A DNA stretch of 56,603 nucleotides, the filler included, from Nitrospiraceae bacterium (GTDB taxonomy: Bacteria; Nitrospirota; Nitrospiria; Nitrospirales; UBA2166), in assembly GCA_002726235.1 (NCBI GenBank). It is 3 parts of 3 records of this genome, joined end to end, with 100 filler letters (N's around TTAATTAATTAA, not from the genome) between each part and the next. Parts side by side here need not be neighbours in the genome. Positions count along the whole stretch, not along the records: positions 1 to 22,889 come from PBSN01000014.1; 2 more parts are not named here. The stretch is one strand, 5' to 3'. How positions within the stretch are numbered: the first letter of the stretch is position 1; the number at the start of each line of letters is the position of its first letter. The notes under the pieces were generated by a model that was not told where the DNA came from, did not search any database, and saw only the letters and a program-made list of their open reading frames with translations. This document shows positions 9,362 to 19,151 of the stretch, piece by piece. The position numbers and the translations under genes are program-made.

Positions 9362-12300
9362 TCAACCATGACTGCTGGTGACTGTAGTCAGTTCAGGCTT
9401 GAAGTCACATGCCGTGGCAAGAGTGCATCCTATTTCGGTTGCGAGGAGGCGGTCGAGGACATGACTCGCAGGGAGGTTTAGGTAAACATCCTCGCCCTCC
9501 ACGCGAACCGGAAAGATCTGCACGGCATAGTCTTCGCCACTCAAACATTCTCCAGATTCCAGCGAGAAATTTTTCTTATGTAACGGACAGGCGATCTTTG
9601 GGATGCCATCGAGATCACCGATGATCCCTCGGGACACCACGAACGCCTTTTTGTGTGGACACATCTGCTGGCAGGCATACCATTCGCCTCGACTGGCGAA
9701 ATTGAAGACGGCAATTTGAACATCGCCGTACTTAATGGTTGCGCCACCGTTGACCGGAAAATCACCTACGGTCCCGACCTTGACCCATGAGTGTTCTGAC
9801 TCCGACTCTGTTTCGGCCTCCATTTGACTCTTCAGCATGCTGAATTGCTCAACCGACACCGTTTCTGAAGGCCAATTCGCCGGACGCTGTTGGCCGCGTT
9901 CTGCGATGATTTCAATCACTGGTTCGGTTTCGTTGGTATTGACGAACTGACGGAAGAGTTTCCGTTTTTCCGGATCATTGACAGTTTCGGTCCATTCGCA
10001 TTTATAAGAATCAACCAGAAATTGCATGCGTGTTTCCAACTCCATGCAAATTCCAAGCCTGTCCTCGATGATGACCCCTTTGAGATGGTCTATTCCTCCC
10101 TCGAGCTTCTCGATCCAGACGGACGTCCTGGTTAGCTTGTCGGCAGTCATGATGTAGTACATTAAGAACCGGTCGATATATTTGATCGCGGTCTCTTCGT
10201 CGATATTGGTCGCCAACAAGTCTGCGTGTCGCGGCTTAGCACCGCCGTTGCCGCAGATGTATAAGTTGTAGCCGCTCTCTGTCGCGACCAATCCAAAGTC
10301 TTTCCCTTGGGCTTCGGCACATTCGCGGATACAACCTGATACCGCACCCTTGATCTTGTGCGGTGCGCGAACGCCTTTGTAGCGATTCTCCAGTCGAACG
10401 GCGAAGGTAACGGAATCTTGCACCCCATAGCGACACCAGCTTGTTCCAACGCAACTCTTGATAGTGCGTAGCGCCTTGCCATAGGCGTGGCCGCTTTCGA
10501 ATCCGGCACCGACAAGCTTTTCCCAAATATCAGGAAGATCCTGCACTTGGGCGCCAAATAGGTCAATACGTTGCCCGCCGGTAATTTTGGAGTAGAGGCC
10601 ATATTCTTTTGCTGTTTCTCCTAACGCGATCAGCTTGTCTGGAGTAATTTCGCCTCCCGGAACCCTAGGGACGACCGAATACAAGCCACCGCGTTGCGCA
10701 TTTGCCATAAAACGATCGTTGGTGTCTTGAAGTGTGTGATGTTCGGGCAGCATGATATTGTCATTCCACAAGGCTGCGAGAATCGATGCAATGGTCGGTT
10801 TGCAAATTTCGCATCCGTATCCGGTGCCATACTGCACGATCNCGTCATCAAAAGTTTTCACCTGATTGGCTTTAATCATGGCGAACATCTCCGTGCGGGA
10901 ATAGGGGAAGTGTTCGCACAAGTGATTGGTCACCGCGATCCCCGCCGCCGCCAGTTCTGCGTTAAAGAGATCAGTGAGCAGTGGCATACACCCGCCGCAG
11001 CCAGTTCCAGCCTTCGTCGTCTCTTTGACCTGACCGACAGCGGTGAGTTGCTGTTGGCAAATCGCTGTGCGGATGACGCCCTTGGTGACGTTGTTGCAGG
11101 AGCAAATCTGTGCCGTGTCCGGCATCGCCTCTACTCCACCAAGTGCTGAGGCACCACCCGACTTACCGAGAATGAGTTCATGTGGTTGGCATGGCAATGG
11201 TTCATCGCTTTTACTACAAAGATACAGGCTGCAGTACTCGCTCGCATCGCCGATTAAGATTCCGCCAAGCAGGGCTGTCCCATCAAGGCTGAAGAGAAGT
11301 CTCTTGTAGATCCCGTCAAACGGATCTTCCCACGTGAGTGGCTTGGCTCGTTCCGGTCCTGCTTCGTAGTCTCCAAAGCTCGCGACATCTACGCCCATGA
11401 GTTTTAATTTGGTTGAACAGTCCGCACTGATAAATGACGCTTCACCACCGGCCAAGTTGTTTGCGACCACTTCAGCCATTTCATATCCGGGCGCAACTAG
11501 CCCATAGACCATGCCGTTATGAAGCGCGACCTCACCCATGGCAAAGATCATCGGATCAGAGGTTTCGAGCCGATCGTTCACGACAATTCCACCGTGCGCG
11601 CCGATATCGATGCCACAATCACGCGCGAGGTCATCACGTGGGCGAATGCCTGCGGAGACGATAATCATGTCAACGTTGAGCTGGCTCCCGTCGTTAAAAC
11701 GCAAGCCTTCGACCGCGCCGTTGCCGACAACTTCCTCTGTGGCTCTATTTAAATGGACGGATACTCCGAGATCTTCGATTTTTCGAACGAGAATTCGTGA
11801 GCCAGCATCGTCGATTTGCCTGGGCATCAGGCGTGGCGCGACTTCCACCACATGGGTTTCAAGTTTGAGGTCATAGGCTGCTTTGGCCGCTTCAAGTCCG
11901 AGTAGCCCTCCGCCAATGATTGCCGCCCGTTTGACTTTCGCACCGTAGGCAATGATGTGTTCAAGATCCTCAATGGTGCGATAGACGAAGACTCCTTGTT
12001 TATTGATACCAGGAACAGGAGGCACAAAGGGGTATGATCCGGTCGCAAGGACCACTGCGTCGTAGACGATCTCCACACCTTTATCCGATCGTACCGTGTG
12101 NGTGTGGCGATCAATCCGGTTGGCTCTGTCCCCAACATGCAAATCAATACCGTGTTCGGCATACCACTCGAGCTTTGCCAGCATCAACTGTTCGGCATCG
12201 CGGTGTGCAAAAAACGATGTGAGGCCAACACGATCATATGCGGCCCGCGGTTCCTCGCAGAACGTGACGATGTGATATTGTTTGGCTGAGTCGAACGCGA

Positions 12301-12385
12301 CCAGCTTCTCGCAAAACCGTTGTCCAACCATTCCGTTCCCGATCACGACGACGGTCTTCTGTGCATTTATGGTGTTTGTACTCAA
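9362..12385 (-). CDS. nirB: NAD(P)H-dependent siroheme nitrite reductase, NirB with fused C-terminal NirD Rieske domain
   Basis: VIGNGMVG and IGGGLLGLEAA FAD/NAD motifs, two BFD 2Fe-2S domains, CVGTSWC and GCIREC siroheme/FeS ligands, terminal CPHK...CPLH Rieske-like domain. Confidence 0.95.
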   Translation of the reverse strand: MSTNTINAQKTVVVIGNGMVGQRFCEKLVAFDSAKQYHIVTFCEEPRAAYDRVGLTSFFAHRDAEQLMLAKLEWYAEHGIDLHVGDRANRIDRHXHTVRSDKGVEIVYDAVVLATGSYPFVPPVPGINKQGVFVYRTIEDLEHIIAYGAKVKRAAIIGGGLLGLEAAKAAYDLKLETHVVEVAPRLMPRQIDDAGSRILVRKIEDLGVSVHLNRATEEVVGNGAVEGLRFNDGSQLNVDMIIVSAGIRPRDDLARDCGIDIGAHGGIVVNDRLETSDPMIFAMGEVALHNGMVYGLVAPGYEMAEVVANNLAGGEASFISADCSTKLKLMGVDVASFGDYEAGPERAKPLTWEDPFDGIYKRLLFSLDGTALLGGILIGDASEYCSLYLCSKSDEPLPCQPHELILGKSGGASALGGVEAMPDTAQICSCNNVTKGVIRTAICQQQLTAVGQVKETTKAGTGCGGCMPLLTDLFNAELAAAGIAVTNHLCEHFPYSRTEMFAMIKANQVKTFDDXIVQYGTGYGCEICKPTIASILAALWNDNIMLPEHHTLQDTNDRFMANAQRGGLYSVVPRVPGGEITPDKLIALGETAKEYGLYSKITGGQRIDLFGAQVQDLPDIWEKLVGAGFESGHAYGKALRTIKSCVGTSWCRYGVQDSVTFAVRLENRYKGVRAPHKIKGAVSGCIRECAEAQGKDFGLVATESGYNLYICGNGGAKPRHADLLATNIDEETAIKYIDRFLMYYIMTADKLTRTSVWIEKLEGGIDHLKGVIIEDRLGICMELETRMQFLVDSYKCEWTETVNDPEKRKLFRQFVNTNETEPVIEIIAERGQQRPANWPSETVSVEQFSMLKSQMEAETESESEHSWVKVGTVGDFPVNGGATIKYGDVQIAVFNFASRGEWYACQQMCPHKKAFVVSRGIIGDLDGIPKIACPLHKKNFSLESGECLSGEDYAVQIFPVRVEGEDVYLNLPASHVLDRLLATEIGCTLATACDFKPELTTVTSSHG

Positions 12386-12416
12386 GATGCAAATACCCTC
12401 AAATTATCTTAGATAA

Positions 12417-12433
12417 AGCAAGCTACATACCAG
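12417..12433 (-). promoter_or_regulatory. sigma-54 promoter of nirBD
   Basis: Minus strand CTGGTATGTAGCTTGCT (GG-N10-GC), 31 nt before the start codon. Confidence 0.75.
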
Positions 12434-12583
12434 CTCCTGTGAAACCTCCGCCCTTCTCCCATTTTCGTGGGTGTGTGTCTCGTAAATGCAGTTATAGCGT
12501 GAAAAACTTCGTACTTCCTTCGATTCGCTACAGAACTCGATAAGAGAAGAACCGCGAATATTTATGTTAGTCCATGTAATTAG

Positions 12584-12601
12584 TGCGACATAATTGTTGC
12601 A
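12584..12601. promoter_or_regulatory. candidate enhancer-binding-protein (NtrC-like) site
   Basis: Imperfect palindrome TGCGACA-TAAT-TGTTGCA, about 150 bp from each of two divergent sigma-54 promoters. Confidence 0.4.
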
Positions 12602-12756
12602 AAGAGTTTGTCCAAACCCCTATTCCTTGCCGGCTTAATGACGTCGCAGCATGGCAACGCTACTAGCACTATCGTGCCTCTCTTCGGAGCCAAGAGCAGT
12701 ATAAGCTTCGAACGTGTTGTGACTGTTACCGATAGTCCTAACAAGGGAATTGATTG

Positions 12757-12773
12757 CTGGCACAGGACTTGCT
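12757..12773 (+). promoter_or_regulatory. sigma-54 promoter of the porin-narK-kinase operon
   Basis: CTGGCACAGGACTTGCT, near consensus. Confidence 0.82.
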
Positions 12774-12786
12774 GTGTCCTCAGCGT

Positions 12787-14223
12787 ATGGTCTTAAGCCG
12801 ACGTAAAAAGGGAACGGGTGCTGGCGCCTCGTCGATTCGAGCGGCCCTTTTTGCCATGGTTCTCCTTCAGAATGCGCCGTTGTTTGCCTTGGACAGTGAA
12901 AACCTTAACATCAGCGCAGAGATTCGCGAGCGGTATGAAGGGCGCGTCAATTCGAGCTTTGGAAACCCTAATGACACTGGAGTGAATCAAAACAATCAAT
13001 CTTTCGTTGGATCCAGAACACGCTTGAACGTCGGCTATGATGTTTCACCCGATATCAACCTCTTTCTCCAACTCCAGGATACCCGGGCGTTTGGCGCCGA
13101 ACCGGGAACCATTAGCAATACTCAAAACCTTGACCTGCACCAAGGATACTTTCAAGTAAACAATATGTTCCTGGATGGGCTTCAGTTACGGGTAGGCCGG
13201 CAAGCCATTGCCTTCGGTAATCACCGCGTGATTGGCGATGTCGAGTGGAGTAATGTCGCCCGGTCGTTTGACGCCGTACGAATGACACTTAATCGATTGG
13301 TGGGTTCTCTCGATCTTATTTGGGCTCGAACCAGGGACAACGATGTCGATCAGATCACGATCAGAGACCCCGTTAGTTTTCCGGGAACCCCAGCGGAACA
13401 GCGAAAAGGAACTGATGACCAAAATCTGTATATCGCCTATGGGACGTTCAAAGGGATACCCACTGTCTCTGTTGAACCCTACTGGATTTTCCTCGTCGAC
13501 AATGGGGTTGGCGGATCTCTGTTAGCCCCTGCGGCTACGAATCAGCAACGCCATACCATCGGTACCAGAGTCGATGGCACCCTCTTTGCCAAACATCTGG
13601 ATTACACCATGGAAGGGGACTACCAATTCGGAAAGATCGCAAGTCAGCGGACGGGTGGCATTGGGGTGAGAGATCTGGACATCAATGCGTCTGCATTTGC
13701 AGCCAAGGCCGGCTACAACTTTTTGGAACTCCCGTGGCTCCCTCGCATCGGGGTGGAATACGACTTTGCGTCCGGTGATGGTGATAACAATACCGACGAT
13801 CAGCGGGGGAACTTCAATACCTTTGAAAATCTCTTTCCCACTAACCACGCGTTGATGGGCGTGATGGACCTTATGGGGTGGCGGAACATGCAGGACCTGA
13901 GTCTCAGTTTCAAGGTGAAGCCAGGGCCGAAAACTGGAATCTCCATGGATTATCACATGTTCCGTTTGGCCAATCGTAAGGACAACTGGTATCGATTCAA
14001 CGGTGAGGTCCAAATCCAATCGTCGGCAGACAATCAGGCGGCATCAATTGGACAAGAGTTAGACATTACCGCGTTTACGACGGTTAAGGAGACCGTCAAA
14101 CTCGGCGCTGGATGGGGCCATTTCTTCACTGGCGAGTTCATTGAGAAGAACAATCTGGCCAATAGCCAATCGTTTACCACCGATCAGGATTGGGTCTACG
14201 TCATGGCCACAGTCGGATTTTAA
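12787..14223 (+). CDS. alginate-export-family outer membrane beta-barrel (putative nitrate/nitrite porin)
   Basis: Signal-peptide-like N terminus; RERYE, LDLHQGY, RVGRQ, RSFDAVR, ASGD, TFENLFPTNH motifs; C-terminal Phe; start uncertain but must lie downstream of the promoter. Confidence 0.8.
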   Translation: MVLSRRKKGTGAGASSIRAALFAMVLLQNAPLFALDSENLNISAEIRERYEGRVNSSFGNPNDTGVNQNNQSFVGSRTRLNVGYDVSPDINLFLQLQDTRAFGAEPGTISNTQNLDLHQGYFQVNNMFLDGLQLRVGRQAIAFGNHRVIGDVEWSNVARSFDAVRMTLNRLVGSLDLIWARTRDNDVDQITIRDPVSFPGTPAEQRKGTDDQNLYIAYGTFKGIPTVSVEPYWIFLVDNGVGGSLLAPAATNQQRHTIGTRVDGTLFAKHLDYTMEGDYQFGKIASQRTGGIGVRDLDINASAFAAKAGYNFLELPWLPRIGVEYDFASGDGDNNTDDQRGNFNTFENLFPTNHALMGVMDLMGWRNMQDLSLSFKVKPGPKTGISMDYHMFRLANRKDNWYRFNGEVQIQSSADNQAASIGQELDITAFTTVKETVKLGAGWGHFFTGEFIEKNNLANSQSFTTDQDWVYVMATVGF

Positions 14224-14239
14224 GGAAAACGGAGGAATA

Positions 14240-15715
14240 ATGGCGGTGCCGACATCCCATTTGAACCTGTTGTCGTTCACAGGAAACATTCGCATTCTTC
14301 ATTTGACCTGGTTTGCGTTCTTTATCACCTTCGTTGTGTGGTTTAGTCATGCGCCATTAATGGCATTGATACAGGAAACATTTCAATTGACTGACCAAGA
14401 AGTGAAGACGTTGCTCATCCTAAACGTTGCTTTAGCGATACCGGCTCGAATCATCATCGGCATGCTGGTGGATAGCTTCGGTCCGCGTCGAACTTATTCG
14501 TTTCTGCTGTTTGTTTCTGGCTTCCTATGCCTGGGATTTGCCTTTGCGAACACCTATGAGCAGCTGGCCTTCATGCGATTTCTGTTGGGTGCCGCCGGTG
14601 CGGGCTTCGTGATCGGGATCCGCATGGTCGGCGAGTGGTTTCCGGCGAGACAAGTGGGATTTGCGGGAGGCCTGTACGGTGGCTGGGGGAATTTCGGCTC
14701 CGCCGCTGCCGCCATGAGTCTCCCGATCATTGCGTTGATGTTTGGAGGAGATGATGGATGGCGTTATGCCATTGCGTCAACCGGCATTCTTGCGCTTATC
14801 TACTCAGCTGTCTATTTTTTCTCCGTCACCGATACGCCTCAGGGGGCAACGTACTTCAAGCCAAAACGAGCAGGCGGCATGGAGGTAACCAGTGTTGGCG
14901 ATTTCATTCTGTACCTTCTTATGAACATCCCGATATACGCCGCCACAGCCTTACTTGCCTGGAAACTCGGTCCATCCAACGTCAATCTCCTAAGCGTAGC
15001 AGTTACGAACATCATTTATCTGGCAGTGGTGACGATTTATATCGTTCAGAGCATCTGGATCTATCAAGTGAATAGACAGGCCCTCAAAGAAGTCGTGCCT
15101 GAGCTTGAGCGCTACAACTTCAAACAAGTGGCTGTCCTGAACATCGCCTATATGGTCACATTCGGCACCGAGGTGGCCATGGTGTCCATGCTTCCATTAT
15201 TCTTCTTAAACACCTTCGGGCTTTCGCTGGTGACGGCCGGTTTGCTTGCCTCAGGATTTGCCCTCATGAATGTCATTGCGCGGCCTGTGGGCGGGCTCAT
15301 CAGTGACAGATTTGGCAGAAAGCACTCTCTCTCCTGGTTGCTTGTGGGGATGGCAGGCGGATTTTTCCTGATGAGCCAGATTACTGGCAGTTGGCCTGTT
15401 CTCTTGGCCTTGATTGTCATGATGACCGCAGGGGCCTTTGAACAAGCGGGAAATGGAGCGGTGTTTGCCATTGTCCCGCTTGTGAAGCGTCGTATGACCG
15501 GCCAAATCGCGGGCATGGCAGGAGCGTATGGCAGTACTGGTGCTGTGTGCCTTCTTACGGTCCTCTCATTCGTCTCCCCGCAGACTTTTTTTCTTGTCAT
15601 CGCGGTATCGACCATTGCTGCACTTGCTGTCGTCCTGCTGTTCCTCGAAGAACCCCAAGGGCATGTGGCCGAAGTGTTGCCAGACGGGACCATACAGCTA
15701 ATTGAAGTCACCTAG
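14240..15715 (+). CDS. narK: NarK/NNP family nitrate/nitrite MFS transporter
   Basis: LHLTWFAFFITF, GLYGGWGNFG, AGNGAVFAIVP, GMAGAYG signatures; GGAGG RBS before ATG 14240. Confidence 0.93.
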   Translation: MAVPTSHLNLLSFTGNIRILHLTWFAFFITFVVWFSHAPLMALIQETFQLTDQEVKTLLILNVALAIPARIIIGMLVDSFGPRRTYSFLLFVSGFLCLGFAFANTYEQLAFMRFLLGAAGAGFVIGIRMVGEWFPARQVGFAGGLYGGWGNFGSAAAAMSLPIIALMFGGDDGWRYAIASTGILALIYSAVYFFSVTDTPQGATYFKPKRAGGMEVTSVGDFILYLLMNIPIYAATALLAWKLGPSNVNLLSVAVTNIIYLAVVTIYIVQSIWIYQVNRQALKEVVPELERYNFKQVAVLNIAYMVTFGTEVAMVSMLPLFFLNTFGLSLVTAGLLASGFALMNVIARPVGGLISDRFGRKHSLSWLLVGMAGGFFLMSQITGSWPVLLALIVMMTAGAFEQAGNGAVFAIVPLVKRRMTGQIAGMAGAYGSTGAVCLLTVLSFVSPQTFFLVIAVSTIAALAVVLLFLEEPQGHVAEVLPDGTIQLIEVT

Positions 15716-15754
15716 CAGGATGCTCCGATGTTTGATTTCAAGTGACATGACCTC

Positions 15755-17464
15755 ATGACAGCAGATCTCATCATCACATCGGCCCACTACAGTGAAGCCG
15801 GGCACAAGCCGGAAAATGAGGATGCGTGTGGAATTTGCTTCGCCGATCCTGAGTTGCGTCGGGCGAAAGGCGTTGCTCTTGTGATTGCAGATGGCATGAG
15901 TGGCAGTGAAGCGGGGATGGAAGCGAGTTATGCCTGCGTAGAGGGATTTCTCAACGATTACTTCAGCACGCCGGAATCATGGTCGGTAAAGTTGTCTGGT
16001 CAAAAGGTTCTCTCCGCGCTCAATCGGTGGCTGTATAGCGAAGGCCATCAGCGATACGGATCGCCACGAGGTATGGTGGCGACGCTGAGTGCGATTGTCG
16101 TGAAGTCCAGATCCGCCCATCTGTTTCATCTCGGTGATACGCGCATCTATCGTGCGCGTCAAGGACAGCTAGAATGCTTGACCCAGGACCATCGCATTCA
16201 GGTGCAATCGGAAACCCACTGCTTGAGCCGAGCAATGGGGATTGATCTTGATCTGAAAATCGACTATCAGTCTATTCCCGTTGAGGAAGATGACCGGTTT
16301 GTTTTGCTGACGGATGGCATTCATGATCACCTTACCGACGATGAAATTGCAAAGATCGTGTTTCAACATACCGATGATTTGGCTACGGCGTGTCAGGCGA
16401 TAGCGATGAAAGCACTTGCACGCGGCAGCCCCGATAACGTGACGAGTCTTATTGCACGCGTTGAACAGCTTCCGGAGCAGGACAAACATGGATTCTACCA
16501 GCAGCTGACCGCATTACCATTCCCGCCGCCGCTTGCACCTGGAATGAATCTCGACGGATATCGCATTATCCGCGAGGTGCATACGAGTAGCCGATCGGAA
16601 TCGTATCTTGCGGTTGATGAGAAGACAAACACGCAAGTTCTTCTGAAAGTCCCTTCCAGCAACTTCGAAGACGATATCACATACATAGATCTGTTTTTGC
16701 ACGAAAGTTGGGTTGGGAAGCGTCTCAATAGTCCCCACGTCGTCAAAATCCTCGATCATGCGCGCCCCAAAACGTTTCTCTACACGATTCTAGAGTATAT
16801 TGAAGGACCCACACTACGGAAATGGATGTCGGATAACCCTAGGCCGGCACTACAGGATGTTCGCAATATTGTCGAGCAGATCGCGATGGGCATTCGTGCG
16901 TTTCAACGGCAAGAAATGATCCACCAGGACATAAAACCAGAAAATATCATGATTGATAAGCTCGGATACGCAAAAATCATCGATTTCGGTTCGACGAAAA
17001 TTGCGGGCATCGAAGAAATTATGATGCCGATCGATCGTCCCCATGTGCTAGGAACGGCAAACTATGTTGCACCGGAATATTGGCAAGGATACGCGGGGAG
17101 TCACCGTTCGGATATTTTCTCGCTAGGGGTTTTAACCTATGAAATGCTGACGGGGAAATTTCCGTATGGACCGAAACCAACGGTCGGAAACATTAACTCA
17201 TTCGCATACACGCCCGGGCATCAATATAATTCAGCCATACCTGTATGGATGGATGCTACGTTAGAAAAAGCTGTGCATCCCAATCCTGCCGATCGCTATG
17301 ATGCTTTATCAGCGTTTATCCATGACCTTGCGCATCCAAACCAGCAATTCCTGAAAGAAAGGCCTCTCGCACTGATCGAACGCAACCCCTTAGGGTTTTG
17401 GCGTTCGACAACAATCATGTTTTTTTTGCTCAATATGATTCTGCTCTACCTCGTATTCAGGTAG
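15755..17464 (+). CDS. bifunctional PP2C phosphatase / Ser-Thr protein kinase with C-terminal TM helix
   Basis: NEDA, IADGMSG, HLGDTR, LLTDG, DNVT (PP2C); HQDIKPEN, DFG, APE (kinase). Confidence 0.9.
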   Translation: MTADLIITSAHYSEAGHKPENEDACGICFADPELRRAKGVALVIADGMSGSEAGMEASYACVEGFLNDYFSTPESWSVKLSGQKVLSALNRWLYSEGHQRYGSPRGMVATLSAIVVKSRSAHLFHLGDTRIYRARQGQLECLTQDHRIQVQSETHCLSRAMGIDLDLKIDYQSIPVEEDDRFVLLTDGIHDHLTDDEIAKIVFQHTDDLATACQAIAMKALARGSPDNVTSLIARVEQLPEQDKHGFYQQLTALPFPPPLAPGMNLDGYRIIREVHTSSRSESYLAVDEKTNTQVLLKVPSSNFEDDITYIDLFLHESWVGKRLNSPHVVKILDHARPKTFLYTILEYIEGPTLRKWMSDNPRPALQDVRNIVEQIAMGIRAFQRQEMIHQDIKPENIMIDKLGYAKIIDFGSTKIAGIEEIMMPIDRPHVLGTANYVAPEYWQGYAGSHRSDIFSLGVLTYEMLTGKFPYGPKPTVGNINSFAYTPGHQYNSAIPVWMDATLEKAVHPNPADRYDALSAFIHDLAHPNQQFLKERPLALIERNPLGFWRSTTIMFFLLNMILLYLVFR

Positions 17465-17501
17465 CTTCCTTCACCCGAACTCTTGTAGTGCGTGGCTGAA
17501 A

Positions 17502-17843
17502 CTAATCCATCGCGCCAGGGGTGAAATTTGGCCACCTGTTGTACCCGACTTTGGGATCGTTGGCTTGGTGCTTCCGGATCATCTCGACCTCTTTTGCCGA
17601 AAGCTCTGCCTCCGTGGCAATATTAGATTCCCAAAGAATTTGCTTTCGGAGTGTGTAGTCATGACGAACTTCGTCGGAGAGATTCTCGAAGTCGGCGTTG
17701 ATGAGGTCCTTATCTGGACTCCCCATATATCGAGCACTGCCGAAGCTGTCCTTCCCTATGTATATCTTCCCAGTTGGGTACGTGATCTTATAGACCTGCT
17801 TCACGGAGGATCTACCTGACTTGCTCTCGTGGGCCGCAGCCAT
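17502..17843 (-). CDS. small GIY-YIG nuclease family protein
   Basis: VYKITYPTGKIYIGKD...E...GYNR. Confidence 0.7.
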   Translation of the reverse strand: MAAAHESKSGRSSVKQVYKITYPTGKIYIGKDSFGSARYMGSPDKDLINADFENLSDEVRHDYTLRKQILWESNIATEAELSAKEVEMIRKHQANDPKVGYNRWPNFTPGAMD

Positions 17844-17923
17844 TTTGGTGCCGCATGATGTCGGGACACCTTGAGGATACTTGGTAATAGAAGCATGAGT
17901 TTCGGCATTCAGTTTGCCAACTC

Positions 17924-18824
17924 CTACTCGGACGGTGCGAGAAAATACACTGGTCGTAACGGCAATCGCGCTTTGTCAGTATCATCCAGCTTGTTATAAA
18001 AGCTCTGCCATAACTCGATGAATTTTTCGAGGTCAAGCAATTCTAAATGTACTGGTGAATCACGAGCTGCAACCTTTGCATCTGAACTGAATCCTCCGGT
18101 AGAGACAAACATTCCCACATCGCCATCCTTTCTGAGGATGCCCATTAGTTCTCGTAGTTCCTTCACACCCGCTGCTGTCTCGCGATGTTTGACTTGGACT
18201 TTTATGCGTGGGGAGCTTGCTCCAAGTGGGTCGCGGTAGGCAATGATGTCTATGCCACCATCCTTGCCTCGGGGAGCAACGAAGGGAGTGTGGTAGCCCA
18301 TGCCTCGAAGCAGTGCCGCTACCAAATCCTGGAACTCGTAGGCATTCTGAGCCAGGATGTGATTTCGCAACCCTTCATCAGCAATCTGCTCAATTTGGTC
18401 AAATGTAACGGTTTCTTGTGTGGCCTCGCCCTCTTCATCGATGGCATCTTTGATCTCGTCAGATTGCTGCTTTGGGTTTTTAGCTTGCCAGCTACGGTAC
18501 GCACTCGACGCAGCAAGATAATGTTCAATTTCGCCCATGTGAAGCGACTCTTCACCCTCATTGGTCAGGTACCAGCGGCCCTTCTTTTTCACCAGCCATC
18601 CAGCTTTCACTAAACCAATGGAGTGAAAGTGCAGGATTGACCACCATCTAAAGTATCCGGTTCTCGTACCGCTCCTTTGCCCAATCATCGAGTGTGACAC
18701 TCTTTTCAACGGCACTGGCTACTTCCCGAGAAGGCAACTCGCCTCCATTTGCCTTCAAGGCTTTCAGTGCTGCGTAGACTACTTTGGCTGCAAGGAGTCG
18801 TGATGGGGCAAGTTGCTTAGTCAT
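17924..18824 (-). pseudogene. mrr: Mrr-family type IV restriction endonuclease, frameshifted
   Basis: AAGGAG RBS then ATG 18824 reads MTKQLAPSR...LDDWAKERYE; frame shifts near 18660 into TGYFRWWSILHF...; catalytic DGGIDI...VQVK...FVSTGGF intact. Confidence 0.8.
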
Positions 18825-19151
18825 GGGTTCTCCTTCTGTGAAGCTCGGCAGGGTGGCGAGGATTGGTCATGGAGTTATTGTCCTGCAAACGCTGATGCGT
18901 GACACCTATTTCCCCTTCGGCAGAATGCCCTTCTTCTCTCCCTTCAAACCTTGCCTGAACCAAGTCAAACACTACCATGGATGTCAGTGGGATTAGTTAG
19001 GAAGAGTACTCCAAAGAGAAACGAGGTTCAATGAAAAGGGGGCATCTGGTGGCCTGAAAACTTATTCTGGGGTGGACTCAGTCAAAGAGAAAAGGTCAGA
19101 GTCACGCTGAAAAGTGGGAGTAAAAATAGGGGTATGTAGAAAAGACCACAT

